A stretch of 64,000 nucleotides of DNA from Paragordius varius (Eukaryota; Animalia; Nematomorpha). Shown piece by piece: positions 12,628 to 24,800 of the stretch (position 1 is the first letter of the stretch; each line of letters starts with the position of its first letter). Position numbers and translations under genes: made by a program. Under the pieces are notes generated by a model. That model did no database searches. It saw only the letters and a list, made by a program, of their open reading frames with translations, and was not told the origin of the DNA. The stretch lies in NCBI GenBank assembly GCA_964247055.1, contig OZ176055.1, forward strand, positions 248,001-312,000, read 5' to 3'.

Positions 12628-15600
12628 TTTTCAATTGGTTTTTTACCTACTAATTTAATTTAATGACACACTTATCCCTAAAACATTTAATTGATATATG
12701 TGATGTGATATATCTCTCGTGTGATATATAGGTGTATATAAATCAAATTAATAAATAAATGACAGGTATTATCACTTCAATATTTTTATGGCCTAAAGCA
12801 TTTTTATAGTTGAATATATTTTTAATCGATTGATATTGGATTGTGTTTGAAAATGTGATTCCATGAGCGGCGCATTATATATAATACAGTAAAAATTGAA
12901 CTTATACGGACAAAATGTAGAAACGAAAAGACAAATATTGTTTTCTAAAAGACAACCATACTTTTTAATTCTGTTTTTTTAAATATAACTGATGATTGTT
13001 TTATACTGGTAAGTATAAAATAGATATATTAATTGGTAATACAATTAATTATATATTTTACAATTGTAATTAAATAATTTTTATGGAAAATAAGGTTTAA
13101 AAAGTATGGTTGTCTTTTATTTTTACGTTCTGTATAATCTCAATATTAAAAAATTTGAAAAAAACCTTCGTCTCAAACTTTTTTCTGCCATTTATTGGAT
13201 TCGCGTATAATTAAATTATTGATCATATGTAAATAGTGTCAGTTTCTCCAATTTTAATTCTCAGTATTGCTTCAATTTAAAGTATTGTAAAAAGTAAGAA
13301 AGGTATTTGAAAATTAAACCGTGTATTAAAAAGTTTAAATTATGATTTATAACATAGATATATGAAAACCATTTTATAATATTCAATATGACTTTTCGCG
13401 ATTCGGTCGAAATCGTCTGCCTTTTGGATATTAGAAGAACACACCAGAACCATCAAATACATATTATATATTTATACTTTAGGGATATGGATGATTCCTT
13501 ATTTGTAAAGAGTGCAATCCAAAGAGGCTTATTACCCTGATGAAGTTTTTTGATACTCGGAAAAGAATTCTTTTATAATAAAAGTTGAGTCACTGGTATA
13601 ACTTCAGTTGTTTAGGGGAACAGTACGTATACCACAGGAAAATCAAAGATAAGTACCCTCATATACTATATTATATTTTTAATAATATTTTAACCATATA
13701 TTCTTATAAATTTTATTTGGGTTATCGTCTGCTTGGTTAAATCATAATTGTTTTTTGTCGTTAACGTTTCATTTAATTAAAACTATTGTCGCATATCAAC
13801 AACTCAATTATTATCAACTGTTCCAAAAATCAAACAATAATGTCTCTCCAAAGCGCAGGTTATGTACGGTATTTTTTTTTATTCCTTTTTTTTCTAATAA
13901 GCAAATTTAATAACACTAACTTACGGTAAAAAAATTAAATCACAATAATATTTTATATACATATATATATATACAAACATTTGCAATCATAAAAATTTTG
14001 TTAGAAAAGTTTTAAAAGGATTTTTCCAAATACTTATATAGCTCATGGTACTCTGACAATTGGTTCACCAATACGAAGGGGTGTGCCCCGTGCTATTGTC
14101 ATTGTCAATATTCAATATTTGCCAACAAGTGGCAAAAACTGCATTATTAATAAGTGTACAAACTTTGAGGTTTCATAGCGGCTCATAGGAATTACAGGGT
14201 AGTAACGAAGGAAGAAAATTCTCTGTAATCGTACACATTTGAAATCGCTCTAGGTTAAAAAGCTATTATCTGTCGCACAAACTTTTATTATTTTTTTCTG
14301 TTTTTATCAAAAGTACCCAAACCAAAAACTAATAACGCTCACAATATAAATTTGTTTGTAATAAACTCGTAACATGCACAATGACATTCGTTTTTTAACA
14401 ATCTAAAAACTATTTTAATTCCAATAGCAACGCAATGCATAACCAAAAATCATTTGTGTGAAATAGTGTCAAATTTTTATTGCCATAAGCAATATCGTAT
14501 TGTAGAAACACTGTATAAAGAATTATCAAATTTACGACATTTTGGTGCAAAATGTTCCAGTAAATTCATTAATTAATTATGTTTTTAGCTAACATATCTC
14601 TCGCTTGTATGGTTTTAAGTGATAGATTATTATAAGTGCTCAAAATCGGGAGATATTAAAAATATTTTAGTAACATCATTTAATCTAAAGAAAAGGACTC
14701 TGGGTGCTTTGTTGGACCTTAAGAGTCATTAAAAAATATTTCAACTTTTGTGCAAATTCTATATAATTCCATATAACATCAAATCTTGAAGCGTTGTACC
14801 GTTCGCACATTATATACGTTTCAACAAATTTTGCTTAAATTTAAACAAGCTAACATCTATTGAAAATTGTCGGGACTTGGAAAAAACTAGCCCATCAGAG
14901 ATGAGTCCAAAAATTTTAGTTTTTTGAGCCTTCATCGAAAATTTTATAGACATCCTTTTGCTTTTTAAACATGAGTTTTTGATAAAGTTAAATGATATTT
15001 TTTTGGAATGGTGCATTCGACTTCCACCATGTTATATTTATCAAAGTTTGCGCTAATTTTTCGATATAAAGCAATTACCACAAAAGTGTATTGCAAATGA
15101 CTCGTTCAAAAACCAAAAGCACGATGAAAATCCTAATGTATTACCTTTACAGAATATATATATAGATATACGATTCAAGGATATTATTCCAAGCATATAT
15201 ATTTGGTACGAAACATCTGTTTCGTTTGCGATCAAAAATTTAATATAATAAATTATGTGAAAAAAAAAGTAAATAAAAATATAGTAATATTCTGTGACGC
15301 TTTCTTAATTCAAAATGAAATATTATTTATTATTCTACATATGACAATATTACTCGGACCTCTTCAAGAGTAAAGTCTTTTAGAGCTATATAAACGAATT
15401 ATGGATAATTATCTAGTATGGCTATAATATAAATTACCAAAATGTATTCCTTTACGGCATTCAAATCAAATTCACACAATAATTGATATAAAAAGTTAAA
15501 ACTCTTAATATCTTCATACTGTCAAATATGTTTTAAAGCGCCTAAAAACCATATGTTAATTGAAGTGGCGACTATAATTTAAGTTGAATTTACTCAAACC

Positions 15601-15694
15601 TTTTTAAGCTACTATCAACCGTATAAAATCCATATTCTACAACAATTAAAATCCAAAAATATTTTAATTTAAGATGTTAGAAAAAAACAAAAAT

Positions 15695-16987
15695 TTATTT
15701 TCCCAATTCCTCAATGATCACAATATCGCCATTAAGTTTTTTCTCTTCACAACATGCACAACAACAAAAGCAAAAAAAGGTGCGATGTAACACCATTCGC
15801 CAACCCCGAATCATTTCAAGCAGTTCCCGTTGAAACGTTTTATTGAGATAAATGAATAAAACAAAGTTAAGCGTCCCTTGGATCACAGTTAACATTCCAG
15901 TTAAATGGGTAAAAACATTGAATGCCACATGCAAAAACAGGAGAGGGACCCACAGCTCTAGTAGCAATCGGGCAGCAAATGGGATTTGAGAAACGGTGTA
16001 AGATATTATGATGCTTACCATGAAAAGGGCCATTTCCCTATCGGTCATACCTTTAGATCCTCCTGTATTAACATTGTTGGATGGTGGAACGCTTGATTGC
16101 GTCAACATTTTTTGGTTTGTCACGGTTCCACTTATAGTGTTGCTTACTATGACCGAAGATAAAATCATATTTTTACGTTTACTGTATATGGCCCAATAAG
16201 CCGTAACGATTTTAATACTCAGGACAGTTATAACGAGGACTGGTCCAATCGTGGTCAAGACTTCTTTGGTGACAGCGGCCACAAATATGGTTAAAACGAA
16301 TTTGGGATGTAGGCTTCGTTGAGTTATGTAAAATTTATTATACCCACCGGATTGAGTGAACGCCCTTTTAACTGGGACGTATTGAATGCCCTGAACAGAA
16401 GTTAGGGCAAAAGCCAGACAAACGCAAAACCCAATACTGGTAAAAACTAATTTCCGTGTACAAAGTTGTCGATAAGTCATAGCTTTGTGGAGGGCTAGGT
16501 AGCGATCTACAGTTATCATAAGGACCATTAAACAACTAATCTTGTTCATGGCATTTGAGCAGGGGGCATTTATGAACAGAATGTAACGCAAATAAGCCAG
16601 GGCGTAGATAAGACGTGAAGGATGTAACACTTTGGCATTGTAATAGATGATTGGATTAAACACGTAAAAAAAACTGTAAAACATATCGGATACGGTCATA
16701 CACCCCAAATAGTAATAGGATGGTACTATGCTATTTTGTTTTTCAGTCGCTCGTCGGCCTCCTGTAGAATTAGTCAGGGGAGGAGACATAAGTCTCACCA
16801 AAATTTTTAGCGTAAGAATATTACAAATCATACCTATGGTAATTAGGGAGGGCGTTATAACGCCATACACCACATATAGAACAGTTTTTATCCGAGCTTC
16901 AATCCGTGTAACGACATCATACCCTATGGGTCTAGGAGGCGATATTAAAGAATCCGTAATATTAAAATTAAAACTATGATTAAGCAT
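15695..16987 (-). CDS. Intronless class A (rhodopsin-like) peptide GPCR, FMRFamide-receptor-like, 430 aa
   Basis: Seven hydrophobic segments; N-terminal NHS/NIT sequons; TM1 GMICNILTL, TM2 YLGCMTVSD, TM3 TVDRYLAL, TM7 NFVLFIYLNKTFQREL; C-terminal Cys cluster CFCCCACC. Confidence 0.9.
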   Translation of the reverse strand: MLNHSFNFNITDSLISPPRPIGYDVVTRIEARIKTVLYVVYGVITPSLITIGMICNILTLKILVRLMSPPLTNSTGGRRATEKQNSIVPSYYYLGCMTVSDMFYSFFYVFNPIIYYNAKVLHPSRLIYALAYLRYILFINAPCSNAMNKISCLMVLMITVDRYLALHKAMTYRQLCTRKLVFTSIGFCVCLAFALTSVQGIQYVPVKRAFTQSGGYNKFYITQRSLHPKFVLTIFVAAVTKEVLTTIGPVLVITVLSIKIVTAYWAIYSKRKNMILSSVIVSNTISGTVTNQKMLTQSSVPPSNNVNTGGSKGMTDREMALFMVSIIISYTVSQIPFAARLLLELWVPLLFLHVAFNVFTHLTGMLTVIQGTLNFVLFIYLNKTFQRELLEMIRGWRMVLHRTFFCFCCCACCEEKKLNGDIVIIEELGK

Positions 16988-18301
16988 TATTATTGAGCAA
17001 AGAGTGGTTAGATACTTGGTTCAACAAATTTGGGGTCCAGAACGGTGAATTAACAGTTTGCAACATAGGAAGCAAGATTAGATTATTTTGAAAAAAAATG
17101 TATAGATTGAGATTACATAGTTTTCATTGATTTACATAAGTCTTGAAAAAAAAATTTTTTTGTGTTTAGCTAAATAAAAATTGAAAAATAATTAAGTTAA
17201 AAACGGTATACAATACAATACTGACTCTGGCTTATGTCTGTAATACCATACTTTATTCTTATAATAGTTTCAAAATTGTTGACTTAAAAATTAATTTAGA
17301 AAGCTAAATTAACTCACATCGAAACCCTATTCGTTTTTTTCCTACAAGATTCTTATTTTATTTTAACACAACATCATTTTTTCCAATTATGATACAGTTT
17401 TGAATTTACTGTACACTTGTTTGTTGTTAACCTTGAATTACATAAGATTTTTTGTTTCAGTAATTTCAGGTATATTCAATTATCCAAAAAATGGATATAT
17501 TATTGAAAAATATGATTGCAGAGTATATATAAAAGTAATAAAATTGATACATTAAACAGACCTAAAGAAATGTGTTAGACTGTTAATTTTATTATTATTA
17601 TTGTAATAATAATATTTTTGTAAATTCTTCTAAGATATAAAAAAACATTACAATTTATTTAATTCAACAATTGCGAAAAATTTGTAAATCAGTATAAAGG
17701 AGAGATGCGCCGCTTAAGACAGTAATTATTAATCATAGATAACCGTATATATATATATCAATTTTATTTTAAAAAAGTAATTTTAGTATATATATATATA
17801 TACATAAAAATATTATTGCAAATCATCCATCTATATAGGATTGTGAATCGAAGGTCTTGAGAAAGATCTTGGGAAAATAGTTTATTGAAGCTAAATTAAA
17901 AAATAAAAGTAAAAATTAGATTATAAAAGGCAAAAATAGGAAAAGTAAATGAAAATATTGTTTAAAATAAAAAAAAACATATTTTCAACAAAGGGTTTAG
18001 GTACACTTAATTATACAGTAAAAATTAAAATTATACGAAAGGACAAAACGTAATTATAAATACAAAAATTTATTTTCTAAAAGACAACTATATTTTAAAT
18101 CTTAATTTATTTATTTATAACTCATTGTGTAAACTCCAGAGTATAAAAAGATATATATTGGTAACCAATTAGTTGCTTTATTATATTATTTTTATTAGAT
18201 AAACTATGGTTTAAAAAAGTATGGGTATTTGTTGAAAAAAATTGTCTATTTACGATTTGTCTGGCAAATTTCAATTTTCACCCGTATATTTCAAAATTGT
18301 A

Positions 18302-18524
18302 CAGTAAAATTGAAATTATACGGACAAAACGTAAAAATATAAAGACAAATATTTTGCTATTAAGTTACAAGTGTAAAATTTAGAATTGATTCTCTTTCAC
18401 ACTTTGCCATTTAAAACAATGAATTATATTGATATAAATCTATATTTAAAAAAATATGGTTGTCTTTTAAAAATATTTGTCTTTATATTTTTACGTTTTA
18501 TCCGTATAATTTCAGTTTGTACTG
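18302..18524. mobile_element. MITE family A copy
   Basis: TA|CAGTAAAATTGAAATTATACGG..CCGTATAATTTCAGTTTGTACTG|TA. Confidence 0.85.
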
Positions 18525-18667
18525 TAATTACATAGCTCATGTGAGAAAAATCAAGGCATGAAAAAATATAATTTTTTTCACAAAAAAATATATTTTACTT
18601 TTCATGTTTTATTTTAAAAATAATTATAAAAACATATATATAAAAAAACACAAAAATTACCCAAGTT

Positions 18668-18863
18668 TTACATAAAAGAAAAACATAACCAAAAAAAAGA
18701 AATTACTTTAAAATCGGCAATTCCAAATTGCAAGAGTGTATTCTTTTGAGCTAAAACAGTTTCTTTCATAGAGAACAAGTGAGCCAATTCGAATTCACTC
18801 TTGGCATATTTTATGGCATTATCAAAACTGGTCATAGCTTCCTCCATTTTACCACTTGAGTGA

Positions 18864-18894
<31 letters not shown>

Positions 18895-21800
18895 GCGCAT
18901 TGAACAAAATTATATACCATTTACAGTTCAAATTCACCCTTGAACAATTCAAATTCACCCTTGAACAATTTAAATTCACCCTTGAACAATTTAAATTCAC
19001 CCTTGAACAATTTAAATTCACCCTCGAATTTAAATTCACCCTTAGTAATTTAAATTCACCCTTGAACAATTCATATTTTACCCTTAAACAATTCAAAATC
19101 ACACTCAAACAATTCAAAACCCTTGAACAATTCAAATTCACCCTCAAACAATTCAAATTCACCCTAAAAATAAATTATGTGTTTTGGAACTAATATAACT
19201 CATTATTAATATAAATATATCTTTAGTATTATTTTAATTTAAAACAATTTTATTTTTTAAAAATATATAAAAATATTGGTAACTTCTAATCTAAAAACAG
19301 ATATTTTATTTGAGGGTGAATTTGAAATGCTTAAAAGTGAATTCGAATTGTAATATATTTTTAACCATTTCAAAAAAAGCAAGTTAACGCATTATTGAGA
19401 TAAATTAAAAAGATAAAAGAATATTATATATATATATAAATAAATCTATATTTTTCAATATTCAACAGTTTTCTAATCAAATTCTTTTCCAATCTACACT
19501 CCAACACTTTTTTTTTATTAATTATGAGTCAATTTATCAAAAATAATTTTAAGGTTTATATAAATGCCATTAAAAATACGTAAAAAATAAAAATTATACT
19601 ATGGACAAAACGTAAATTATAAAGGACAAACATTTTTTTCCCCAATAAGAAAAAAAGGCAACAATACATTTTTTAAATCTTGATTAATTACGTTTTATAT
19701 GTATATTATTTTTGACTGTAATATAAGACATTGTAAAAAAGCAAGCCTATGCTCAGAAAAATGCGTAATAATAAAAAAAAATGTTAAATAAATTATGTTT
19801 AATAGCACTATAAACCATTAATTCTCAAAGTTATATTTATTGGTATTTAGCTTATTAATTGAAGAAAGGCTTGCTTTAAATTTAACCTATATCGATAAAT
19901 CAAATTACGATAATAACATATATAATTAATTAAGGGATGATTGCTTAATCATTATTTATTTTAAAAATTATTTTTGAATTTACCTAATTTAAGATTTGTT
20001 TTGTCTTTAATTAAAAGCATTCTGTGGGTTTTTGATTGCAAAAAAAGTGTTTTAAAAACTAACTAACCTTTGCATATATATAGTTCCTAACGTTTCATAA
20101 GCAAATTCACATTTAGGTTCTATCGCCAGAGATTTGAAGAGATATTCAATTGCAACTGAGGCTTGTTTTTCAAGGTGTGTAGGATCCATAGCAAGGGGTA
20201 TATTTTGCCCAACAATTCCTTTGTGTGAAAAAACATAAAAATAAAATTTCTTTTAATATAAAAAATTTTACATATATAACTTAAATTGTGAATTTATGAT
20301 ATTTATATATCTTTTACAATTAAATTCACCCTTAAACAATTCGCATTGACCCTCGAACAATTCAAATTTACCCTTTACAATTAAAAATTACCAATTCAAA
20401 TTTACTCTTAAACAATTCAAATTTAACCTTGAACAATTCAAATAAATTCACCCCAAAATTAACTATGTGTTTCTAACATTAATTACCTATATTTTTTATA
20501 TAGTTTTAAAATTTAAATAAAATTTTGTTTAAAATAAAAAAATACGTAAAAATAATAAACTATGACATAAAGATATAATTTATATTTATAATGATAATTT
20601 ATTTTTAATGTGAAATTGAATTGTTTGGAGATGAGTTTAAAGTGTTCAAAAACACTCTTAAAGTGCAAATGCTATATATTAATTAATAAGTGTTGGTTAC
20701 CAATTTGGGTATTAATTCAATTTTTTTAAAAATAACACACATAAAAAATTAATTAACTATGTGTTTCTAACATTAATTACCTATATTTTTTATATAGTTT
20801 TAAAATTTAAATAAAATTTTGTTTAAAATAAAAAAATACGTAAAAATAATAAACTATGACATAAAGATATAATTTATATTTATAATGATAATTTATTTTT
20901 AATGTGAAATTGAATTGTTTGGAGATGAGTTTAAAGTGTTCAAAAACACTCTTAAAGTGCAAATGCTATATATTAATTAATAAGTGTTGGTTACCAATTT
21001 GGGTATTAATTCAATTTTTTTAAAAATAACACACATAAAAAATTAGTTTATAAAGATAATTTAAAGAACGCCATATATTTCTGGAGGTAAAATCTTCATT
21101 TATTATTTTTGTAATATTTGTCTTTTATGGCTAGCTAATGAATAGCTTATAAAAAAATATATTTTTACTGTTAACATCTATATATGAGAGAAAAAATTAA
21201 AATATATGTATCTGATATTTGCAATAACGATATCACCAAAAACAAATACCTTTTTTTAAATATAAATATGTATACCATTTACAGTTCAAATTCACCCTAA
21301 TGAATTATGTGTTTTCAGGCCCTAATATAACTCATCATTAATATGAAATCTATCTTTATGACGCATAGTTTATTATTTTTTTAGTATTATTTTAATTTTA
21401 AACAAAATTTATTTTTTAAAAATATATAAAAAAATAGGTAATTTTTAATCTTAAAACAATATTGGGTGAATATGAATTGTTTAGGGGTAAATTTGTATTG
21501 TTTAAGAGTGGAATAGTACAAGAAGGGTGAATTTGAATTGTTTAAGGGTAAATTTAAATTGTTTGAGGAATTTAGATAGTTCAAGGGTGAATTTGAATTG
21601 TAAATGGCATATATATATACCATTAGCAAACTGTTCATTATTGTACTCATTTTGTTGAAGAGCCATAAAATTGTTTTGAATCTTTTGGAGTTGAAGTAAG
21701 GCTAAATGAACGTAAATACTAAAGTTTTGAGGATCGATTCTTAGGGCAAATTTCAAATAGCGTTCAGCACAATCAAATTCCATAATATCGGTATATGCCT

Positions 21801-24800
21801 AATAATTTGCAAATTATAAAAAGAAAAAAGTCATATTACATATATATATACATATATATATATGTAAACATTTATGAAATAAAGCTTGGTTATTCTATGA
21901 GTTTTAAACGTAAAAATCTATAAATTTTAATTTTTTTTCTAAAAATGTGGAATATATATTTGAGTATGTTTTTCAATTTATATCCCACTTCCTTGTTTAG
22001 AACCCATAACGGTAGATTAAAATAATCAAGGTATATAAAGCATAGGTATCGTTTATAAAAAGCTATTTGTCTTTATAAATATTTACGTTTTGTCCGTATA
22101 ATTTAAATTTTTACCATACCGTGCTATAATAATGATCTCATAAAAACACCAAAAAAAACATTTATATTTATTTAAAAGAGCTTTTAAAAGGAAAAGAATT
22201 TAAATAAAATTATTTCTATTCCATTTTATACAATATGCATGTTTTAATGGTTCTTTATTTCACACTATAGTAGGGGGCAATTTGCAAGCTACACAGTAGT
22301 GTATGGGAAAAAAGAACAAAATGTTGAATAAACAATCATTTCCTTTCTTTTTTCCATACACTCCTGTCCTGTGTTGCAAATTACCCAACTATAGTGTGAA
22401 ATAAGCAACCATTAAAATGCATATATTGTATGTAAAATTAAATTTTTTTACTTTATATTGAAATCATCACAGTTTAAATCTAAATTTTATTGAATATAAT
22501 ATAGCATATTATAAACCACAAAGAAAGTTATTAGTAACTGGTAGTTAAAAAAATGACTTTTGATCAAAAATATTTACTTTACTATATACCCTATCTACCG
22601 ATAATTATTAAAAACTTGACAATAATGTAAATAAATTTCCACTCAAACTTTAATTTAGAGGTAAAACTTTAGAGAAGATAAGCCTTTTTTATTTTCCATG
22701 GCGAGGAGTAAAAATAAATATTAAAAAATTTGAACAAAAAACTGACATAAAAATTATAAAAAAACTATATATATATTTATTCTCCATGGCGATGAGTAAA
22801 AATGAATATCCAAAAAATTGTATAAAAAAAACTGATATAAAAATTATAAAAAAACTATATAACATTTATTTCATGGCGAGGAGTAAATATGATTATCAAA
22901 AAATTTGAAAAAAAAACTTAACATAAAAATTATAAAAATAAAAATTTTAAATCTATATAATAAAAACCTGAGATAGATAGACATATCCTTCAACTAAGGC
23001 ATCGACTTGGCAATCCTTTTCAGAAGCCAATTTTTTAAGCTCTTCAACACAAAATTCCCTGGTCTTTGCATCAAGTTCAAATGGTTCTTGAACACAATTA
23101 AAATATGCATAAAAAATAAATTATATTATAAATATAAAACATAAAAATTTACCAAAAGAACAAAAATATAATTTTTTGACTCCTTGATTATTTTTCTAAA
23201 GCGTTGCAAAATAAGGAAAAGACATGTAAATTAGTTTTACGAGAATCGTAATGAAATGACAAAGTTAGATGCTATTGTAGAAAATCAGAATTTTAAAAAA
23301 GTGTATGGCCGTCTTTTTAAGATTCCATTAAAAATACATTAAAAATTATAATTATACGGACAAAACGTACAAATGTAAAGACAAATATTTTTTTCAAAAG
23401 ACAAACCCATACTTAAACCTTAATTTATCGTGTAAAAATCATTTAAATGTAATACTTTGCATTTCAAAACAATCAGTTTTTAAGCAAATAAAGATTTAAA
23501 AGTATAGTTGTCTTTTTTAAACTAAAACATATTTGTCTTTATATTTAAACGTTTTGTCCGTATAATTTCAATTTTTACTAAAAAAATATTTATAAGTTTA
23601 AAATTCTCTACATAACTTACCTAAATTATAATTTTTACGTTCAACAGAATGGTAACCATTTGTGAGATTAGTTTTAGTTGGTGAATTCATTTTGGTAGAT
23701 TGTTGACTATTTTCTGTGGACTCGATATCTGTAGAATTCTAATTATATAAAATTATGAAATATACTTAGAGTATTAAATTACTGTTTTTTCTGATAGATG
23801 TAATTATAATTGCCAATATTAAACAAGGTTTCGTAAAAAGTATTATATGATTTTTTATGCGAGTAAAAAAACTCAAGTAATTAAGTTTTTTTGTTAAATA
23901 AAAACGAAAGGTAGAGTATTATTTCAATAACGATAATCAATCATATATTATGATCCTTGATTTTTTGGTAAAATATCATCTGCACTTCAAGAATGTCCTT
24001 GAACATTTTGAGTTGGTCTTTAAACACTTCAAGTTGGTCCTTAAACACTTCAAGTTAATCCTTGAACATTTCAAGTTGGTCCTTATTTTTATATTTTGAT
24101 TTAACAATAATGTTTGCATGTTTTATTTAATTTTATTGTTTTTAACCTAATTTCCTTTAACCATTATAGTGTTTTTTTTATTCAAAAACCACTTTTTAGT
24201 TTCAAAATTTTTCCTCGTGAAGAGCAAATGGTATATAATCTATGGTTATAAGTTACATAGATATAAAAATATAAATTGATAACAAACTCCATTTATATTC
24301 CAAAATGCAATGATTTACGTTATTTGTAAAACAAAATCGCGGATACATACTATTTTCTTGCCAAAAAAATATAAGTAATCTTTCTATATATCTGAATTTT
24401 ATGCTGTAAATGTAAAATAAATTATTACTGTATCCTCTATAAAAGTAGTATCGCTTTCCTTTAAATCACTATTTCCCTCCTCGTTTTTATCAATCCGTAG
24501 AAGGCATCGATTAAAACAAAGGGTTAACGATTTAACTAAAGTACATTGAAGTAATTTCTTGGCATCCTCCTTGAGTTTCTGTTGTTGATTCGAGCTTAAA
24601 TTATTAAGCATGGCTATGGTAGCTAAGTTAGTTTGATCAATAGCGCTACCATTTCCATTAAGAGCTGACAAATGATATGAAAAAAATGACTTATTTTTAA
24701 GATATGTAAATTCATGACTATAATTTCTTTCTAGTTATTTGTTTTATCACATTTTAACATTTTAGATTTAAGTATCTATGTAGTTATATATATATATATA

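Noticed and set aside
13537-13565. CTGATGAAG..GGAAA hammerhead-like string, with a weak LEEH GIY-YIG-like peptide upstream
   Set aside because: No convincing stem II; at best a heavily decayed PLE remnant.
14700-15000. Possible degraded Tc1 transposase on the minus strand (VRTVQR, DE..K, SPD-like words)
   Set aside because: Matches are too short and scattered, and no TIRs were found.
18930-19167. CRISPR-like array
   Set aside because: Head-to-tail repeats with no unique spacers, in a eukaryotic intron, with no cas genes.
18855-19193. Track ORFs with (RVNLNCS)n and (FKFTLEQ)n repeats
   Set aside because: Translations of a 21-bp minisatellite inside a TOM70 intron; the real exon starts at the AG at 18855-18856.
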